Source: Nitrospirota bacterium
Lineage (GTDB): Bacteria; Nitrospirota; UBA9217
NCBI GenBank assembly: GCA_963796285.1
Contig: CAWCKW010000013.1
Location: forward strand, 256,001 to 320,000
Length of the DNA stretch: 64,000 bases
Direction: 5' to 3'
Shown: in pieces, positions 59,951-64,000 of the stretch
How positions within the stretch are numbered: the first letter of the stretch is position 1
How the letters are laid out: each line of letters begins with the position of its first letter
The notes under the pieces: model-generated
What the model was told of the DNA's origin: nothing
Seen by the model: the letters and a program-made list of their open reading frames with translations, nothing else
The model's database searches: none
Translations under genes and position numbers: made by a program

Positions 59951-60636
59951 CGGGTCTCTCCCTTGAGCATCCGGGCGACGGGATTGAACGTCTTGCGATG
60001 CGCATCACAGGGGCCGTGTTCTTGCAGAAGCAAGAGATGCTCCTTTGTGCCATAGCCTTTATGTTTTTGAAAATTATAGTGGGGATATTTTTGATGGAGT
60101 TCCTGCATCATCCGGTCCCGGGTCACCTTGGCAAGAATAGACGCTGCTGCGATGGAATGGCTGCGGCGGTCACCCTTAATGATCGGCTTTTGCGGAAGCG
60201 GAACGCGCGGGAGGGAAATTGCATCAAGGAGCAGGTAATCGGGTTGCGGGTTGAGCATTAGAAGCGCCCGCTCCATGGCAATGACGGTCGCCTGAAGGAT
60301 GTTCACAAGGTCAATCGTCCGCTCATCGGCAACGCCGACGCCGTAGCAGATCGCCTCGCTTCGTATCACCTCGAAAAGCCTCTCCCGCTCTTCTTCAGGG
60401 ACCTGTTTGGAATCAGTGAGCCCCGGAATCAGCAGTCCGTCGGGCAGCACCACGGCGGCGGCTACCACCGGACCGGCCAGCGGCCCCCTGCCGGCCTCAT
60501 CCAGCCCCGCGATACGCCTATACCCGTCCTCGCGCGAGCTCCGTTCGAAGGACAGGGGGTCACACTCCAGTTCGCTGAACAAATCAGCAGTGCGGTCTGG
60601 ATGAGGTTCTCGCAGGCGTGACCGTCCATGAGGCAT
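59947..60636 (-). CDS. rnhB: Ribonuclease HII
   Basis: GLDEAGRGPLAGPV, DSK, IAAASILAKVTRD, HKGYGT. Confidence 0.96.
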   Translation of the reverse strand: MPHGRSRLREPHPDRTADLFSELECDPLSFERSSREDGYRRIAGLDEAGRGPLAGPVVAAAVVLPDGLLIPGLTDSKQVPEEERERLFEVIRSEAICYGVGVADERTIDLVNILQATVIAMERALLMLNPQPDYLLLDAISLPRVPLPQKPIIKGDRRSHSIAAASILAKVTRDRMMQELHQKYPHYNFQKHKGYGTKEHLLLLQEHGPCDAHRKTFNPVARMLKGETR

Positions 60637-60652
60637 AGCGACCTAACATAAT

Positions 60653-60767
60653 AAAATTCCAAACAACAAATCCCAAATCTCAAATAATTTCCAATTTTCA
60701 CGTGCTGGAAATGCGTATTTGTCGTTCGGGATTTATCTGGAGCTTGCTGTTTGGGATGTGGATCTTG
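60653..60767. repeat. Inverted heptamer-array element (CAAATNN)
   Basis: AAATTCCAAACAACAAATCCCAAATCTCAAAT ... TTGCTGTTTGGGATGTGGATCTTG. Confidence 0.7.
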
Positions 60768-60772
60768 ATATC

Positions 60773-61168
60773 TTACTTCTGCTCTGTTGGCTCGACCTGC
60801 GTTGCGCCGGCCACAGCTGCATACACGCGCTCTTTCTCTTTGATCCTGGCTGCCTTGCCGCGCAGCTCTCTCAGGAAATAGAGCTTTGCACGGCGGACTT
60901 TGCCTTGCTTGGCGATCTCGATCTTGTCGATCATTGGAGAGTGGGTTGGAAAGAGCCTCTCGACACCCACGCCATAGGACAACTTCCGGACCCGGATGAG
61001 CTCGCGCGCGCCCGCGCCCTGGCGGCCGATGAGCACGCCCTCGTAGACCTGGATCCTTTCTTTATCTCCTTCCACCACCTTCGTATGAACGCGGATGGTA
61101 TCACCCACGCGGAAGTTCGGGATCACTTCTTTTAACTGCGCCTTTTCCAACGATTGTATGATGTTCAT
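60773..61168 (-). CDS. rplS: 50S ribosomal protein L19
   Basis: [27 protein letters not shown]. Confidence 0.98.
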   Translation of the reverse strand: MNIIQSLEKAQLKEVIPNFRVGDTIRVHTKVVEGDKERIQVYEGVLIGRQGAGARELIRVRKLSYGVGVERLFPTHSPMIDKIEIAKQGKVRRAKLYFLRELRGKAARIKEKERVYAAVAGATQVEPTEQK

Positions 61169-61184
61169 GGTAACCCTCCTGCTT

Positions 61185-61300
61185 TAAATTCCAAAGTGCA
61201 AATTCCAAATCACAAATAAATTCCAAGCTACACTGTTAGATGTCCTGGAATTCTGTTTATTGGAGCTTAATGGTAACGTGGTGCTTGATCATTGGTGCTT
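61185..61300. repeat. Inverted heptamer-array element (CAAATNN)
   Basis: AAATTCCAAAGTGCAAATTCCAAATCACAAATAAATTCCAAG ... GTGGTGCTTGATCATTGGTGCTT. Confidence 0.7.
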
Positions 61301-62057
61301 ATTGCGATTTCAAATCCTTCTTCAACACTTCGAGTATCTTCCGATCTTCATCGGTGAGATACGCTGTTGCCAACAGGTCCGGCCTTTTCATGAGTGTGGC
61401 CTTGAGCGATTCCCGCCTGCGCCACTTTTCGATGTCCGCGTGGTTGCCCGAGAGCAGCACGTCCGGGACCTTTCTGCCGCGAAATTCTGCGGGCCGCGTA
61501 TAGTGCGGATGATCGAGCAGCCCGTCGCCGAAGGAATCCCGGTACGCCGACTCGTCGTCGCCCAGAACGCCGGGCAAGAGCCTTGTTGCTGCGTCAATCA
61601 CCACGAGTGCCGCGAGTTCTCCTCCGGTGAGCACGTAGTCGCCAATCGAGAGCTCTTCGTCAACGAGGGCTTCGACAACTCGTTCATCGATGGCCTCGTA
61701 GTGTCCGCAGAGCAGAACGATCCTTCTTGTTTCCTCGGAAAGCTCTTCCGCCCGTTTTTGATCAAAAAGCCTGCCTTGCGGCGATAGCAGGATCGTCAGC
61801 AGCTTTTCTCCGGGATGTTCGGCCTGAACCGCTTCAATGGCACTGAAGATCGGCCCGGGCTTAAGCACCATACCGGCGCCGCCGCCATAGGGGCTGTCGT
61901 CGGCGGTCTTGTGCTTGTCTTCCGTAGTGTCCCGGATATTCCGGACCGCCACGTTCAGGAGTCCTTTTTCCCGGCCCCGTTTGAGAATGCTCTCGTTCAG
62001 CGGACCCTCAAGCATCCCGGGGAACAGAGTGAGCACCTCGAAATTCAATCTTCGCAT
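61299..62057 (-). CDS. trmD: tRNA (guanine37-N1)-methyltransferase
   Basis: TLFP, YGGGAGMV, CGHYEAIDER, SIGDYVLTGGE, YTRP. Confidence 0.97.
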   Translation of the reverse strand: MRRLNFEVLTLFPGMLEGPLNESILKRGREKGLLNVAVRNIRDTTEDKHKTADDSPYGGGAGMVLKPGPIFSAIEAVQAEHPGEKLLTILLSPQGRLFDQKRAEELSEETRRIVLLCGHYEAIDERVVEALVDEELSIGDYVLTGGELAALVVIDAATRLLPGVLGDDESAYRDSFGDGLLDHPHYTRPAEFRGRKVPDVLLSGNHADIEKWRRRESLKATLMKRPDLLATAYLTDEDRKILEVLKKDLKSQ

Positions 62058-62082
62058 AAGTGACGAGACCGTTGTTTCTCTT

Positions 62083-62587
62083 TTATTCCATCAGGCCGTC
62101 CATCAGATGGATGACCATCTGTCCTGCCTTCCGGTCGATCCGCTTGATCACTTCCTTCGTCGCAGGGAGATAGACTTCCTGTCTCGCCGCGTTTCATTAC
62201 GTATACGTCGTTGCTGCCCGTTTCAAAGATGTCCACGATGACGCCGAGCTTCTCGCCACCTTCGGAAAGAACGTCCATGCCGATAAGCTCGTACCAGTAA
62301 TACCGCCCTGCGGGCAGCGGAACCACATCTTCCTCCGGAACTTTGACGAGCCACCCGTTCAGTACTTTGGCCGTCTCGGGAGAATCGTAGCCACTAAAAA
62401 AAAGGAGCGGTGTCTCACCGGTATACCGAACTGACTTCACATCGCAAACGATCTCTTTGCCTGCTGGTGAGACCAGATACACCCGGGTCAGGTTCTTGAA
62501 GCGCTCCGGGAAGTCTGTCATGGGCTCAATCTTCATTTCGCCCTTGACGCCAAAAGGTTTAACCGCTTTACCAATGGTTATGAGCAT
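62083..62587 (-). CDS. rimM: Ribosome maturation factor RimM (frameshift near 62185)
   Basis: IG...FGVKGE, YYWYELIG, TGSNDVYV; the expected C-terminus QEVYLPATKEVIKRID...DGLME* is in another frame. Confidence 0.93.
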
Positions 62588-62635
62588 AGTTCTCAGCTGA
62601 CACGCTTGACAGCCGACAGACCTGCGGGCTGTCCC

Positions 62636-62902
62636 CTACTTCGCGGCTTCTGCGAACTGCTTCATGACCCCGACCTTGGAGAGCAGGGTCCTCGCTGTAT
62701 CAGAAGGGATTGCGCCTTTCTTGAGCCAGTCCAATGCCTTGGTCTGGTCAACCTTGATCTCCGCCGGCTTCTTAAGCGGGTCGTAGGTGCCGACCATCTC
62801 AATAAAGCGTCCGTCTCTCGGCGAACGGGCATCCGCGACCACCAGCCGGTAGTACGGCTTTTTGTGGGTTCCCATCCTCTTCAGTCTGATCTTTACAGCC
62901 AT
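62636..62902 (-). CDS. rpsP: 30S ribosomal protein S16
   Basis: [23 protein letters not shown]. Confidence 0.98.
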   Translation of the reverse strand: MAVKIRLKRMGTHKKPYYRLVVADARSPRDGRFIEMVGTYDPLKKPAEIKVDQTKALDWLKKGAIPSDTARTLLSKVGVMKQFAEAAK

Positions 62903-62942
62903 GTGTTCACCTCTTTCTTCTCAATAATGCGATAACTACTCA

Positions 62943-63028
62943 ACCACGGAGGCACTAAGTAACGAAAAAACTACCGCGTAAATTGCGATTTTAATTTCTT
63001 TACTTAGTGTCTTCGTATCTTTGCGGCA
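62943..63028. repeat. Degenerate inverted 8-mer-array element
   Basis: ACCACGGAGGCACTAAG ... CTTAGTGTCTTCGTATCTTTGCGG. Confidence 0.6.
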
Positions 63029-63033
63029 ACGAA

Positions 63034-64000
63034 CTAAAACGGCATCCTTCCACCGAGCATCTTGCCGATATTACCCATCTTCCCCATCTTGCCACCCGAC
63101 ATTGCCTTCACCATCTTGCGCATCTCGGCAAACTGCTTCAGGAGCCGGTTCACATCCTGCACCTGGGTGCCGCTGCCTTTGGCGATGCGGACCCTGCGGC
63201 TGCCGTTGATGACCATGTAGTCGGCCCGCTCTTTGGGGGTCATGGAGCTGATGATGGCGTCAACCTTCGTCAACTCCTTCTCATTCACCTGCGCATCCGG
63301 GAGCTTCATCTTGCCCATCCCGGGGATCATTCCCATGATCTGCTCAAGACCGCCGAGTTTTTTCACCTGCTTCAGCTGGGAGCGGAAATCTTCCAGGTCG
63401 AAGGAGTTCTTCTTGAGCTTCTTCGCAAGCTTGAGCGCCTCTTCCTGGTCAACGTTCTCCTGCGCCTTTTCGATGAGCGACATCACATCGCCCATGCCGA
63501 GGATGCGCGAAGCCATGCGGTCCGGATGGAACGGCTCGAGAGCATCGAGCTTCTCACCCATGCCGACGAACTTGAGCGGCTTTCCGGTCACGGACCTGAC
63601 CGAGAGCGCCGCGCCGCCGCGCGCATCGCCATCGAGCTTGGTCAGGACCACGCCGTCGAACCCCAGGTCGGCGTTGAACTTCGCGGCGATATTCACGGCT
63701 TCCTGGCCGGTCATCGCATCGGCAACGAACAGTATTTCGCTCGGCTTGACCCCGGCCTTGATCTGCCGGAGTTCATCCATGAGCGGCTCGTCTATCTGGA
63801 GCCTGCCCGCCGTATCGAGGATCACCACCTCATACAAGGATGCAGCTGCCTGCTTGACCGCCGCGCGGCAAATGACAACAGGGTCCCGCTCTTCCGTGAG
63901 ATAGGCATCCACCCCGACCTGCTTCGCAAGGGTGATGAGCTGCTGAATCGCCGCCGGCCTGCTCGTATCCGCCGGGACCAGAAGGACCCTGCGTCCATCC
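63034..64000 (-). CDS. ffh: Signal recognition particle protein (5' end beyond the window)
   Basis: DTAGR, TKLDGDARGG, FHPDRMASRILGMGD, Met-rich M domain with RIAKGSG. Confidence 0.97.
   Translation of the reverse strand, partial: DGRRVLLVPADTSRPAAIQQLITLAKQVGVDAYLTEERDPVVICRAAVKQAAASLYEVVILDTAGRLQIDEPLMDELRQIKAGVKPSEILFVADAMTGQEAVNIAAKFNADLGFDGVVLTKLDGDARGGAALSVRSVTGKPLKFVGMGEKLDALEPFHPDRMASRILGMGDVMSLIEKAQENVDQEEALKLAKKLKKNSFDLEDFRSQLKQVKKLGGLEQIMGMIPGMGKMKLPDAQVNEKELTKVDAIISSMTPKERADYMVINGSRRVRIAKGSGTQVQDVNRLLKQFAEMRKMVKAMSGGKMGKMGNIGKMLGGRMPF

Overview
Bacterial chromosomal window, mostly GC-rich; the gene content and style suggest a Nitrospirota- or Desulfobacterota-like anaerobe (inference). 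It is dominated by housekeeping genes: PPi-type PFK, purH, pckA plus FBP aldolase/phosphatase, a liv-type ABC transporter, a TCA block (sdhCAB, fumC, malic enzyme, gdhA, aconitase, citrate synthase, a succinate-semialdehyde dehydrogenase with a ThDP enzyme resembling cyanobacterial 2-oxoglutarate decarboxylase), moaAC, and the ffh-rpsP-rimM-trmD-rplS-rnhB-yraN run. An AT-richer accessory block (about 13.3-23.3 kb) holds a Crp/Fnr regulator, FNR-type boxes, one complete and one internally deleted c-di-GMP-I (GEMM-I) riboswitch, and surface lipoproteins punctuated by three copies of a palindrome. The most striking non-genic signal is a system of intergenic inverted arrays of 7-8-nt repeats. Some arrays are nested, one brackets a cargo ORF, and two carry an identical 31-bp hairpin inserted at the same CG^C position with no target duplication. 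Several single-base frameshifts in conserved genes (rimM, sdhB, SSADH) probably reflect sequencing indel errors. No CRISPR array, tRNA, rRNA, integrase or transposase was seen.
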